The notes: generated from the sequence alone by a model not told the origin. A stretch of DNA of 64,000 nt from Anaerovoracaceae bacterium (GCA_045629065.1 JAZQQK010000034.1:31728-95727); one strand, 5' to 3'; positions 8,333-18,037 are shown, counted from the first letter of the stretch. Numbers and translations: made by a program.

Positions 8333-10972
8333 ATGAAAGAAATGGGATTAAATGAAATAAGAAAAGCTTTCTTAGACTTCTTTGAGTCCAAGGAACACTA
8401 TGTGGGAAAATCCGCTTCTCTTATTCCAAAGAACGACAAATCAATTTTAATTATAAACTCTGGTATGGCACCACTTAAGCCATACTTTGCTGGTTTAGAA
8501 ACACCACCTAAAAAGAGAATGACTACATGCCAAAAATGTATCCGTACAGGTGATATCGATAATGTTGGTCACACAGCAAGACACGGTACATTCTTCGAAA
8601 TGTTAGGAAACTTCTCATTTGGTGACTATTTTAAGAAGGAATCTCTTTCTTGGGGTGTTGAATTCTTAACAAAAGTACTCGAATTCCCAATGGATAAACT
8701 TTGGGCTACAGTATATTTAGATGATGAACAAGCTATCGAAATCTGGAAGTCCCTCGGAATGAACCCTGACCACATCGTAAGACTTGGCAAGGAAGATAAC
8801 TTCTGGGAAATCGGACTTGGACCTTGCGGACCAGACTCAGAAATCTTCTATGATAGAGGAGAACAGTATGGCTGTGGTAAGCCTGACTGCAAACCAGGTT
8901 GCGACTGCGATAGATTCATCGAAGTTTGGAACCACGTATTCACACAGTTCAACAAAGAAGAAGATGGATCTTATTCCAATCTTCCACATCCAAACATCGA
9001 TACAGGTATGGGACTTGAGAGAATGGCTTGCGTAATGCAGGGCACATTATCCATCTTTGACATCGATACAATTAAGCACATTCGTGATGGTATCGTTGAA
9101 AAGGCTGGCGTAAAGTATGAAGCTGGTAATGAAGACAATGATATCTCAGTTCGTGTAATCACAGACCACTTAAGAGCTATGACATTCATGATTGCAGATG
9201 GAATCATGCCTTCCAATGAAGGAAGAGGTTATGTTCTTAGAAGATTGATTAGACGTGCTGCTAGACACGGAAAACTCCTTGGAATCAAGGGAACTTTCCT
9301 TGTAGAACTTTCCAATAAGGTTATTGAAGTTTCAGGTGAAGCTTATCCTGAACTCGTAGAAAAGAAGGATTACATCCAAAAGATTATCCAAGTAGAAGAA
9401 GACAACTTCGCTGCAACTATCGACAAAGGCGAAGAAATCATAAAGGAATATCTCGATGAATTAAAGAAGGCTGGCAAGACTGTTTTAGACGGAGACAAGG
9501 CATTCAAATTATATGATACTTATGGATTCCCACTTGAATTAACTCAAGAAATCCTTGAAAAAGAGGGAATTAAGGTAGATGAAGAAGGCTTTAAATCCAA
9601 CATGCAGGCTCAAAAGGAATTAGCTCGTAAGAACAGAAAGTCCAATGAGGATGAAGGCTGGAAAGATAAAGATTTCGAAATTGATGTTCCAAAGACTGAA
9701 TTTACTGGTTATGACAAGTTATTAGATACAGGTAAAGTGCTTGCAATCGTTGGCGCACAAGGACTTCAAGAAGTTGCTAAGGCTGGCGAAAAGGTGCAAA
9801 TTATACTTGATAAAACTCCATTCTACGCAGAGATGGGTGGACAAGTTGATGATAACGGATTTATGTCAACAGTAACAGAAGCAGACGATGACAAGATCTT
9901 TGATTGTGAAGTTGTTAAGGTTTCTAAGGCTGACGGCGTATTCTACCACACAGTAAACGTACTTTCACACGAAGTTAAGGTTGGAGACGAAGTATTATGC
10001 GCTGTAGATCCTGCAAAGCGTGGATGCATCATGCGTAACCACACAGCAACTCACTTATTACAGAAGGCTTTAAGAGAAACTCTTGGAAGCCACGTAGAGC
10101 AAGCTGGTTCATTAGTTAATGAAGATATTTTAAGATTCGACTTCTCACACTTCGAAGCTGTAACTCCTGAAGAGTTAGCAAAGGTTGAAGAAATTGTAAA
10201 TGAACAGATTAATAATTTCTTACCAGTTGTTGTCAAGGAAATGCCTATAGAAGAAGCTCAGAAGATGGGTGCAATGGCCTTATTTGGTGAAAAGTACGGT
10301 AAGACTGTTCGCGTAGTAAATGCTGGTGATTGGTCCATCGAATTCTGCGGTGGTACACATGTTAGAAACACTGGCGAAATCGGCTGCTTTAAGATTTTAT
10401 CAGAGGGTGGCGTAGCTGCTGGTGTTCGTAGAATCGAAGCAACAACTGGTACTGGTGTTTTAAGAGAAGCAAAGAAAGCGGAAACTACAGTTTTAGATGT
10501 AGCAGAGACTTTGAAGGCTCCAAAGAACGCTGTAGCTGATAAAGCAAAGGCATTAGCCGAAGAAGTTAAGGCATTAAAGAAGGAACTCGATGATATCAAG
10601 AAGGCTCAAATGGGTGGCGCTTTAGATGAAATGATGGCAAACGCTAAGGAAATCAATGGTGTTAAGCTCATCACTAAGGAGTTCGCAGACTATAATATTA
10701 ATGACTTAAGATCACTTTCAGATGATATTAAGGCAAAATATAAGAAGGTAGCAATGGTATTTGCAACAGTTTCTGAAGGAAAGGTAACATTCTTAGTTTC
10801 CTTGACTGATGATGTTGTAGAACAGGGCAACCACGCTGGCAATATGATTAAGCAGATCGCAGCTTGCTGCGGTGGTGGTGGCGGCGGAAAGGCAGACATG
10901 GCACAGGCAGGTGCTAAGGATGCTTCCAAGCTCCAAGATGCTTTCAAACTTGCTGAAACATTAATCAAATAG
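8333..10972 (+). CDS. alaS: Alanine--tRNA ligase
   Basis: 879 aa with class II core, editing-domain motifs HTATHLL and CGGTHV, and a C-terminal GGGGGGK DHHA1-type tail. SD GGAGG. Confidence 0.97.
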   Translation: MKEMGLNEIRKAFLDFFESKEHYVGKSASLIPKNDKSILIINSGMAPLKPYFAGLETPPKKRMTTCQKCIRTGDIDNVGHTARHGTFFEMLGNFSFGDYFKKESLSWGVEFLTKVLEFPMDKLWATVYLDDEQAIEIWKSLGMNPDHIVRLGKEDNFWEIGLGPCGPDSEIFYDRGEQYGCGKPDCKPGCDCDRFIEVWNHVFTQFNKEEDGSYSNLPHPNIDTGMGLERMACVMQGTLSIFDIDTIKHIRDGIVEKAGVKYEAGNEDNDISVRVITDHLRAMTFMIADGIMPSNEGRGYVLRRLIRRAARHGKLLGIKGTFLVELSNKVIEVSGEAYPELVEKKDYIQKIIQVEEDNFAATIDKGEEIIKEYLDELKKAGKTVLDGDKAFKLYDTYGFPLELTQEILEKEGIKVDEEGFKSNMQAQKELARKNRKSNEDEGWKDKDFEIDVPKTEFTGYDKLLDTGKVLAIVGAQGLQEVAKAGEKVQIILDKTPFYAEMGGQVDDNGFMSTVTEADDDKIFDCEVVKVSKADGVFYHTVNVLSHEVKVGDEVLCAVDPAKRGCIMRNHTATHLLQKALRETLGSHVEQAGSLVNEDILRFDFSHFEAVTPEELAKVEEIVNEQINNFLPVVVKEMPIEEAQKMGAMALFGEKYGKTVRVVNAGDWSIEFCGGTHVRNTGEIGCFKILSEGGVAAGVRRIEATTGTGVLREAKKAETTVLDVAETLKAPKNAVADKAKALAEEVKALKKELDDIKKAQMGGALDEMMANAKEINGVKLITKEFADYNINDLRSLSDDIKAKYKKVAMVFATVSEGKVTFLVSLTDDVVEQGNHAGNMIKQIAACCGGGGGGKADMAQAGAKDASKLQDAFKLAETLIK

Positions 10973-10997
10973 TTATTCAAATATAAGGAGGATCGCT

Positions 10998-11240
10998 ATG
11001 GATAGAAATACTATTATGTTTGACTCTTTCAAGTCACAAAAATCTAATAAGCAAATCTTAGAAGAAGTATTCCAAGCATTAGAGGAAAAAGATTACAATC
11101 CTGTAGACCAACTCGTTGGATACTTGATTTCTGGAGACCCTTCATATATTACAAGCTTTAATAACGCTCGTACATTAATCAAAGGTCTCGACCGCGACGA
11201 ATTAATCGCTGAAATGTTAAAGGTTTATTTAGGTAAATAG
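10998..11240 (+). CDS. ireB: IreB/UPF0297 family regulatory phosphoprotein
   Basis: 80 aa with [17 protein letters not shown]. It sits in the conserved alaS-UPF0297-ruvX position. Confidence 0.75.
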   Translation: MDRNTIMFDSFKSQKSNKQILEEVFQALEEKDYNPVDQLVGYLISGDPSYITSFNNARTLIKGLDRDELIAEMLKVYLGK

Positions 11241-11672
11241 ATGAAACGTAAGATCGGATTAGATGTAGGGGATAAAACCGTTGGAATTGCAGTGTCAGAC
11301 CCATTGGGCCTTACCGCTCAAGGGGTTATGACACTTGAAAGAGTCGGAATTCGCAAGGATTGCGGCAAAATTCTTGATATGGTTAAGGAATATGATTGCG
11401 ACACTATTGTTATAGGCCTCAATCTAGGACTTGACGGAAATGATACACCTCAGACAGAGAAAGTTCGCGAGTTTAGAACTATGCTTGAGAACAAGATGAG
11501 GTCCACGGCTATGAAAGGTATCGAGTGCGTTTGGCAGGATGAAAGATTTACAACTGTTATCGCAAATCGTGTCTTAATCGATGCAGATATGAGTAGACAG
11601 GATCGCAAAAAAGTTATCGATAAGCAAGCTGCAGTTATTATTTTGCAGAGCTATCTCGACGGATTAAAATAA
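11241..11672 (+). CDS. ruvX: Putative pre-16S rRNA nuclease / Holliday-junction resolvase-like RuvX (YqgF)
   Basis: GLDVGDKTVGIAVSD N-terminus with an RNase H-like YqgF pattern. The start abuts the ireB stop. Confidence 0.9.
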   Translation: MKRKIGLDVGDKTVGIAVSDPLGLTAQGVMTLERVGIRKDCGKILDMVKEYDCDTIVIGLNLGLDGNDTPQTEKVREFRTMLENKMRSTAMKGIECVWQDERFTTVIANRVLIDADMSRQDRKKVIDKQAAVIILQSYLDGLK

Positions 11673-11691
11673 TATATTATAAGGAATCGAC

Positions 11692-12399
11692 ATGAAAAGA
11701 ATAAACAAGCATGAACTAATAATGAATATCATTAAAATAGCCGTGCTTGTTTTTATTATTGTCGGAATTCCTTTATATATTTGGCTTACTAAGAGGGAAT
11801 GGCTGATGACATTTGAGTCAGTAGACCAGGTCGCAGAACTCATTAGGAGCTATAAGGGCAAATCAGTTCTGATTTACCTCGGATTACAGATTCTTCAGGT
11901 AGTAATAGCATTCTTGCCTGGAGAGATATTCAATATGGCATCTGGATATGTATTTGGTGCGGCTAAGGGGCTCTGTTTTTCGTTTTTAGGCTGTTTTATA
12001 GGAACATTGATATCTTTTACGTTGTCTAGGACTTTAGGTCGTGGATTCGTTAGAATTTTTATTCCAGATGATAAGTTTGATAAATATTCTACATATTTGA
12101 ACTCTGACAGAGCAAAATTAATTTGTTTTATTATTTATTTGCTCCCAGGCATACCAAAAGATGTCGTAAGTTATATAGCAGGGGTGACTGAGATAAAAAT
12201 GCCTGCGTTTTTGATCTTATCATTGATTGGTAGAATTCCAGGAATGGCTGGATGCGTATTAATCGGATCATCACTAGAGAACGCAAATTACAAGTTAGCA
12301 ATAATTATTGCAATTGTTGCAGTAATTATTATTGGGGCAGCATTTATATTTAAAAAACAAATCGGAGAATTTATCGAAAAGAAGAAAGAGCATAGATAA
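11692..12399 (+). CDS. TVP38/TMEM64 (DedA-superfamily) membrane protein
   Basis: Multi-TM ORF with FLPGEIFNMASGYVFG and LLPGIPKDVVSYIAG motifs. Confidence 0.75.
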   Translation: MKRINKHELIMNIIKIAVLVFIIVGIPLYIWLTKREWLMTFESVDQVAELIRSYKGKSVLIYLGLQILQVVIAFLPGEIFNMASGYVFGAAKGLCFSFLGCFIGTLISFTLSRTLGRGFVRIFIPDDKFDKYSTYLNSDRAKLICFIIYLLPGIPKDVVSYIAGVTEIKMPAFLILSLIGRIPGMAGCVLIGSSLENANYKLAIIIAIVAVIIIGAAFIFKKQIGEFIEKKKEHR

Positions 12400-12431
12400 C
12401 TATTCCTAAAATCATAATTTTGGGAATAGTT
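12398..12431 (+). terminator. Hairpin at the stop codon of the DedA-like gene
   Basis: AACTATTCCTAAAAT / AATTTTGGGAATAGTT, about 15 bp including one U-G pair. No clear U-tail. Confidence 0.35.
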
Positions 12432-12451
12432 TCTACGATAAGATATGAAAT

Positions 12452-12490
12452 AAGCCTTGAGCCCACAATTCCTTGTGGCTCAAGGCTTTT
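12452..12490. terminator. Strong, probably bidirectional, intrinsic terminator between convergent genes
   Basis: About 16-bp stem AAGCCTTGAGCC(C)ACAA/TTGTGGCTCAAGGCTT, with T-rich sequence on both sides (TTTTCGTTATTTT on plus, TTATTTCAT on minus). Confidence 0.7.
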
Positions 12491-12551
12491 CGTTATTTTC
12501 CCTTAAAATATTGAGGCTCTATTTTCGCTTTTAAGCGAGTTTCGCCTACTA

Positions 12552-12579
12552 GGTCGATATATTTATCGACCACTTTTTT
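12552..12579 (+). terminator. Additional terminator-like hairpin
   Basis: GGTCGATA-tatt-TATCGACC followed by ACTTTTTT. The U-tail is present only on the plus strand. Confidence 0.45.
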
Positions 12580-12604
12580 AGCTTAAATTAGCTATTGGTC
12601 AGTT

Positions 12605-12898
12605 TTAGTAAATTGGCACCTGAATCGTCATTCCTGCGTATAACTGACTAGCATTTATATCATTGATCTTGCATAACTTATAAACTGCTTCTTGTCTGTC
12701 CATATCACTTGGCATATATCTACCAGCGATATCCCATAATGTATCCCCATAAACAATCTCTACAGTTTTATATTCTTGGATTGTGGATCCATCAACTGTA
12801 TTAAGGCCAAGTAATAAGTTTGCGATACATGTGATAAGAATGATCATGATTACAACGAATGCTGTGAATCTAAATCTGTTGACTACTCTGTATTTCAT
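12605..12898 (-). CDS. YneA-like SOS cell-division-inhibitor candidate (N-terminal TM + LysM domain)
   Basis: 97 aa from the ATG at 12898, preceded by SD AAAGGGGAAG. It has one TM followed by LysM (YGDTLWDIAGRY...INDINASQLYAGMTIQVP). A triple LexA-box promoter lies immediately upstream. The ORF-track start at 12916 falls inside an operator. Confidence 0.75.
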   Translation of the reverse strand: MKYRVVNRFRFTAFVVIMIILITCIANLLLGLNTVDGSTIQEYKTVEIVYGDTLWDIAGRYMPSDMDRQEAVYKLCKINDINASQLYAGMTIQVPIY

Positions 12899-12914
12899 GG
12901 TATCTTCCCCTTTC

Positions 12915-12986
12915 AAACATTTGTTCTTTTTCTAAATGATAACAGAATAAATGTTCTTTGTCAAGAGAAAATTCAAACATTTGTTC
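12915..12986 (-). promoter_or_regulatory. Three LexA (Cheo-box-like) operators
   Basis: On the minus strand: GAACAAATGTTT (12975-12986), GAACATTTATTC (12945-12956) and GAACAAATGTTT (12915-12926). The Firmicutes consensus is GAAC-N4-GTTC. The outer two lie within an exact 16-nt direct repeat, ttcaaacatttgttct. Confidence 0.7.
12936..12964 (-). promoter_or_regulatory. Sigma-A promoter of the LysM gene
   Basis: Minus strand: -35 TTGACA (12959-12964), 17-nt spacer containing the middle LexA box, -10 TATCAT (12936-12941). Confidence 0.7.
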
Positions 12987-14278
12987 TAAAATGCAATAAG
13001 CCCCTTTTTAACTAATGCATCTATTGATTTAATAACGCCGAATTTACTGTGCTCGTATGTTATTCCGCCTTGGAAATATACATTATAAGGTTCCCTAATT
13101 GGTGCGTCTGCTGAGAGTTCGATTGATGAACCCTGAACAAAGGCTCCTGCTGCCATTACGACTTGATCTTCATATCCTGGCATTTCCCAAGGAATTGGGC
13201 TTACATAGCTATCTATAGGTGCTGCTTGTTGTACGCCTTCACAGAAAGTTACAACTTTTTCAGGTGAACCTAATCTTATTGCCTCTATTATATCTGAACG
13301 CTTTGCTTCTGGCTTTGGACATACCTCATAACCGAGCATTTCATAAGCTTTACCGCAGAGAACTGCGCCTTTTACAGCCCCGTTTACTACGCGTGGAGCG
13401 ATAAATAAGCCTTGGAACATAGATCTTGTTTGACCGAATGTCAAGCCGCATTCACCGCCAATTCCAGGACATGTCATTCGATATTGGATTCTATCGATTA
13501 GGTCTGAGCGACCTGCGACATAGGCTCCAGTTAGAGCTAATCCACCGCCTGGATTCTTGATTAATGAAGCAGCCATTACATCTACGCCAACATCTGTAGG
13601 TTCCATATAATCAAGGAATTCTCCATAGCTGTTATCGACCATTTTTATAACATTTGGAGCTACTGATTTTACAAATTCAGCCCATTCTTTAATCTGTTCA
13701 ATCGTGATTGCAGGACGCCAGCCATAGCCTGTAGAACGTTGTACGACAACGAGTTTAGTCTTTGGACTGATAGCTTTTTTAACGCCTTCAAGGTCTATTT
13801 TACCATCAGGCAGTAAATCAACTTGTTTATATGTAACGCCTAATTCTTTTAACGAACCTGGATAAACTTTTTCAGTGAGTCCAATAACACTTTTAATTGT
13901 GTCATAAGGTGTTCCAGTACAATAAATCAATTCGTCGCCAGGAAGTAAAATTCCTAGCAAAGTAATAGCTAAACCATGTGTGCCATTAACGATTGTAGGT
14001 CTGCAGAGAGCAGCTTCTGTGTGCATTACATCGGCATAGACTTTTTCAATTGCTTCACGACCAGGATCATCGTAGCCATAGCCTGTATTCCATCCAAAAT
14101 GCATATCAGAAATATTGTTCTTTTGGAAAGCATCAAGGACTTTATACTGGTTGTAAGCCATAATGTCATCTAACTTCTCAAACTCGCTCTGAACGCCATT
14201 TTCAGCCTCATTTATAAGATCTACAACGCGAGGATCTATTTTAAAGTGATCTATTAAATACTTATCAGTGGTTTTCAT
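12986..14278 (-). CDS. ynbB: YnbB / 'aluminium resistance protein' family PLP-dependent enzyme (Cys/Met-metabolism fold)
   Basis: 430 aa. N-terminal region ...FGWNTGYGYDDPGREAIEKVYADV... and overall layout match the YnbB family, which commonly follows mutSL-miaA-(hfq). Confidence 0.8.
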   Translation of the reverse strand: MKTTDKYLIDHFKIDPRVVDLINEAENGVQSEFEKLDDIMAYNQYKVLDAFQKNNISDMHFGWNTGYGYDDPGREAIEKVYADVMHTEAALCRPTIVNGTHGLAITLLGILLPGDELIYCTGTPYDTIKSVIGLTEKVYPGSLKELGVTYKQVDLLPDGKIDLEGVKKAISPKTKLVVVQRSTGYGWRPAITIEQIKEWAEFVKSVAPNVIKMVDNSYGEFLDYMEPTDVGVDVMAASLIKNPGGGLALTGAYVAGRSDLIDRIQYRMTCPGIGGECGLTFGQTRSMFQGLFIAPRVVNGAVKGAVLCGKAYEMLGYEVCPKPEAKRSDIIEAIRLGSPEKVVTFCEGVQQAAPIDSYVSPIPWEMPGYEDQVVMAAGAFVQGSSIELSADAPIREPYNVYFQGGITYEHSKFGVIKSIDALVKKGLIAF

Positions 14279-15409
14279 CTATTTTTCAGTCCTTTCTTCT
14301 TCCCATTCCATATCTTTTACGAGGTCACGTTTTACATTTATCTTTTGTCTTGCATAAAGCTGTGTCGTCGTAACTTGTTCGTGATCTAGTAATGCGGCTA
14401 CATCAAAGATCGAGTTTCCACGACCGATTAAGCTTGTCGCTGCTGTGGCTCTTAGCTTGTGTGGACTGTAGCCAGCGCGTCTTGTAGTGTGAAGCGCTAT
14501 TGATGTGTACTTTTTTACTAATTCACGAATTTGACGCTCTGTCATTCGTTTTCCCTGAAGCGATAAGAACAAAGCATCTTTATTTTCATCATCAAGCACC
14601 TTATCATCTTGACGTTCTGTATCGATATAATCGTGCAAAACTTCTGTAGCAGAATTATTTAAAGGCATGATAGATTCTTTACCACGTTTTCGATAGATCT
14701 TAAATTCTCCACGACCAAAGTTGAATGAACTTACATTCAATTGTTGTAGTTCTGAAAGTCTTAAACCGTAAGTTAAAAACAGAATTAAGATGCATTTATC
14801 GCGCTTTTTAGTGAGTTCCCAATAGTGATGTTCGTGTGCTGTCAATCCCTCTCCAGTTGTTACAGCGTCTAGCATAATCATAACTTCATCATCTTGGAGA
14901 GCCTTGATTTCACGTTCTCCAGGCTTTGGAACTCTTATTGGATCGAAACCATCAGTTATGTTTTTCTCAACCAAACCATCTCTATAAAGTTGCTTGAACA
15001 TTACAGATATTGACGACTTCTTACGGGCCAAAGATTTGCTTGAGTTTTCATATATATATACAGAATCGGCCTTTTCGACCTTATATTTGCGGCAATAATC
15101 GATGAACATGTTGACATCGATAGCTTGGACCTCATTTAATTCATCGAGCTTTATATCGCGAATTTCTTTAGCCTGCGTGAGATCAGTTTCATCAATAAGA
15201 TATTGGAAGAAAAATTTCACATCGTGTAAATAGCCAAGTCTAGTCATAGGCAAAACATTACCTTTAAGATATGCAAAATATCCGCGCATATATCTAGGAA
15301 GCAAATTTTCTATTTCTTCGCATTCCAAATATATATCATTTTCTTTCTTAATGATATTGTCTGGCTTATCGCTTTTATTATGAATTTTTACTTCTTTTTG
15401 TATTGCCAT
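14279..15409 (-). CDS. Tyrosine site-specific recombinase (XerC/XerD-like)
   Basis: Catalytic residues are present: YGLRLSEL (Arg), HKLRATAAT (His-x-x-Arg), LLDHEQV (His) and QLYAR (Tyr). SAM-like N-terminal domain. 0-nt gap to ynbB. Confidence 0.85.
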   Translation of the reverse strand: MAIQKEVKIHNKSDKPDNIIKKENDIYLECEEIENLLPRYMRGYFAYLKGNVLPMTRLGYLHDVKFFFQYLIDETDLTQAKEIRDIKLDELNEVQAIDVNMFIDYCRKYKVEKADSVYIYENSSKSLARKKSSISVMFKQLYRDGLVEKNITDGFDPIRVPKPGEREIKALQDDEVMIMLDAVTTGEGLTAHEHHYWELTKKRDKCILILFLTYGLRLSELQQLNVSSFNFGRGEFKIYRKRGKESIMPLNNSATEVLHDYIDTERQDDKVLDDENKDALFLSLQGKRMTERQIRELVKKYTSIALHTTRRAGYSPHKLRATAATSLIGRGNSIFDVAALLDHEQVTTTQLYARQKINVKRDLVKDMEWEEERTEK

Positions 15410-15446
15410 TTTGTGAATAATAGTTATATTTTAGTGAATTATTTGC

Positions 15447-16205
15447 TTATAATTGCTCATTTATGTGGTTAATTAGTGCTTCTAAAGCTCTATCTTCTGT
15501 AGGATATTCACTAATATTTAGCCACCACATATCCGGATATCTTCTGAACCAAGTCATCTGACGCTTTGCAAAATGTCTAGTGTTTTGCTTAATCTTATCG
15601 ATTGCCTCTTCCCTAGTCACCTCACCATTCAGATATGAAATCACCTCTTTATACCCTATTCCCTTCATGGAAATGTTGTTTTCTGTGAGCCCCATATCTA
15701 AAAGCCCCTTAACTTCAGCAATAAGGCCTGCTTCAACCATGATATCTACCCTTTTATTGATTCTTTCATAGAGCTTTTCCCTATCTCTAGTTAGACCAAC
15801 AAGGATTATTTCATAGTCAGTTGTTCGATTATTATCACCGGAAACATTATCGAAGCTACCGCCCTTAAAGTCCATATCATATATGAGCGAATTGAGATAG
15901 AGACCTGTGCCACCTTCAATTACAGGCAGTTTTCCCTTAGAAAAGACCTCATTTATAGCTTCCTTTGCAAGCTTTTGGTACTCGGCTACAGAAAATGGTG
16001 TTCGTGGATCAATTTGATCGACGAGATAATGTCTTACTTCAGCCTGCTCATCAGCAGTCGGCTTAGCAGATCCAATGTTCATATATTTATATAATTGCAT
16101 TGAATCGCATGAAATTATCTCACCATTAAAAGCTTTAGAAGCTTCTATCGCATATTTAGTTTTTCCTGAGGCAGTTGGGCCACAGATTACTAAAATCTTC
16201 TTCAT
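15447..16205 (-). CDS. miaA: tRNA dimethylallyltransferase MiaA, unusually short (252 aa)
   Basis: P-loop ICGPTASGKT, DSMQLYKYMNIGSAKP and RHFAKRQMTWFR are present. About 55 aa are missing between LIYDMDF and IILVGLT relative to B. subtilis and E. coli MiaA. Confidence 0.85.
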   Translation of the reverse strand: MKKILVICGPTASGKTKYAIEASKAFNGEIISCDSMQLYKYMNIGSAKPTADEQAEVRHYLVDQIDPRTPFSVAEYQKLAKEAINEVFSKGKLPVIEGGTGLYLNSLIYDMDFKGGSFDNVSGDNNRTTDYEIILVGLTRDREKLYERINKRVDIMVEAGLIAEVKGLLDMGLTENNISMKGIGYKEVISYLNGEVTREEAIDKIKQNTRHFAKRQMTWFRRYPDMWWLNISEYPTEDRALEALINHINEQL

Positions 16206-18037
16206 TATACACGCTTAAACATCTTTTCTATTTCATATTGAGTGAGTTTTATTACGGTTGGACGTCCATGTGGACATGAATATGGATTGATACAGTTTGA
16301 TAAATCCTTCATCAAAGCATTTACTTCTTCCATAGAAATTTTATCGTGAGCTTTGATTGCAGCTTTACAGGACATCATTATAAGTTTATTCACAACAACG
16401 GTGTTTCTTAAGTCAGTCGCTTGACTTATTCCATCGATGAATTCATGTACAAAATCTTCAGCTTCGTTTAGCTCCATAAACATAGGAATTTCGGTAATTC
16501 TATATGTTTCAGGGCCGAATTCCGATATCGTGAAACCCATGTGTTCCAATGGTTTCAGCCAATTCTGTCTGTCGCTATCAGCTGCGAGCGATACATTAAT
16601 TATAAGTGGCATAATCAGAGGTTGTCTAACCTTGTCAGATGCTTCATATTCTCCTACAAGCTTTTCATAAAAGACTCTTTCTTGAGCCGCATGTTGGTCT
16701 ATTAAATAGAAGTTTACATCATCTATAGCGGTAATATATGTGTCAAAAATCGTGCCAGTAATCTTCAAATCTTTGAAATCAAAAGGCTTTAAAGTTGGCT
16801 TTTCAATCTCAATTGAAGAGTCTTTTGGCATATCTATGTCGTTTTCTTTGGCTTCTACAAATTTTGTTGGCTCATTATTAAGTGTTGACAATAACTCTTT
16901 TATGTCTAATTGCTTTACGTCTTCCTTTATTTCGACTTTATTAGTGTCTATTACGAGATTAGTATCTAATGCACGCTTAAACACCTCTACTGGACGGACA
17001 TTTTTAGTCTCTTTGAAGAGGTTTCCAGCATCTACCACGGCATCTTTAGTGGATAAAGCGCTTACAATTGACTTTCCGATGAATTCGCTTACCAAATTTT
17101 CATCGTCGAAGCGCACTTCCCTTTTATTTGGATGGATATTACAGTCAATGGTAGCGGGATCCACATCCAAAAATAGGTAGCAAATTGGATATCTTCCTTC
17201 GAATAAACGCTCTTTGTATCCTAGATTTACGCCTCTTTCCATCACCTTTGAGTTTACAACACGACCATTAACAAAGAAAATCTCTGAACCACGATTGTTT
17301 TTACTCATTGCAGGGGTAGAAATATAGCCTTCCAATGCTAAACCATCGACATTTTCATTTACTGAAACTAGATTCTTTGAATCTACATCAGGAAAAACCC
17401 TAACAATCGTGTTTAATCTATCGCCATCACCTAAAGTCGAGAATAAAACTTTTCCGTTATTGACTAATCTAAACTTGACATACTTAAATGCAAGCGCCAT
17501 CTGACTGATAAGCTCAATTATCATCATAGATTCAGCATTATCAGCTTTCATGAACTTAAGCCTTGCTGGCGTGTTATAAAACAGATCACAAACTATAATG
17601 GTAGTTCCATCAGGGCAGCCAGTATCTTCTTTCAATACAATTTCTCCTCCATGAATTGTAAGCTTAGTACCTGTTTTAGAATCAGATGTTTTTGTTACCA
17701 ATTCAGTTCTGGTTACGGCGGCGATTGAAGCCAATGCCTCACCTCTAAAGCCGAGCGTATCAATACGATTTAGGTCATTTATAGTGCTGATTTTGCTTGT
17801 AGCATGACGAAAAAAGGCTGTTTCCACCTCATCTTTTGGTATACCACAACCATCGTCAGTAACTCTTATATATGATTTGCCACCGTTTTTAATCTCAACG
17901 GTGATGCTTTTAGCACCCGAATCTAGCGAGTTTTCAACCAATTCTTTAACGATTGAAACTGGTCTTTCAATTACTTCGCCGGCAGCAATTTTATCAGCAA
18001 TATTTTTCTCTAAAACTTTAATCATTTTGGGTATCAA
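16205..18037 (-). CDS. mutL: DNA mismatch repair protein MutL
   Basis: GHKL ATPase motifs IAAGEVIERP and GFRGEAL, with the C-terminal endonuclease-region motif CPHGRP. Probable TTG start with AAGGA 7 nt upstream. Confidence 0.95.
   Translation of the reverse strand: MIPKMIKVLEKNIADKIAAGEVIERPVSIVKELVENSLDSGAKSITVEIKNGGKSYIRVTDDGCGIPKDEVETAFFRHATSKISTINDLNRIDTLGFRGEALASIAAVTRTELVTKTSDSKTGTKLTIHGGEIVLKEDTGCPDGTTIIVCDLFYNTPARLKFMKADNAESMMIIELISQMALAFKYVKFRLVNNGKVLFSTLGDGDRLNTIVRVFPDVDSKNLVSVNENVDGLALEGYISTPAMSKNNRGSEIFFVNGRVVNSKVMERGVNLGYKERLFEGRYPICYLFLDVDPATIDCNIHPNKREVRFDDENLVSEFIGKSIVSALSTKDAVVDAGNLFKETKNVRPVEVFKRALDTNLVIDTNKVEIKEDVKQLDIKELLSTLNNEPTKFVEAKENDIDMPKDSSIEIEKPTLKPFDFKDLKITGTIFDTYITAIDDVNFYLIDQHAAQERVFYEKLVGEYEASDKVRQPLIMPLIINVSLAADSDRQNWLKPLEHMGFTISEFGPETYRITEIPMFMELNEAEDFVHEFIDGISQATDLRNTVVVNKLIMMSCKAAIKAHDKISMEEVNALMKDLSNCINPYSCPHGRPTVIKLTQYEIEKMFKRV

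Noticed and set aside
14279-15409. The tyrosine recombinase as a marker of an integrated mobile element or prophage.
   Set aside because: There are no flanking att-like repeats, adjacent tRNA, cargo or phage genes. Gaps of 0-37 nt to core genes on both sides indicate operon embedding. It is kept only as a curiosity in the findings.
15460-15500. A 'RALE' string (EDRALEAL) near the MiaA C-terminus that might be the conserved insertion-domain RALE motif.
   Set aside because: It is in the wrong position (extreme C-terminal tail, after the RQMTWFR motif) and is most likely coincidental. It does not rescue the missing insertion domain.
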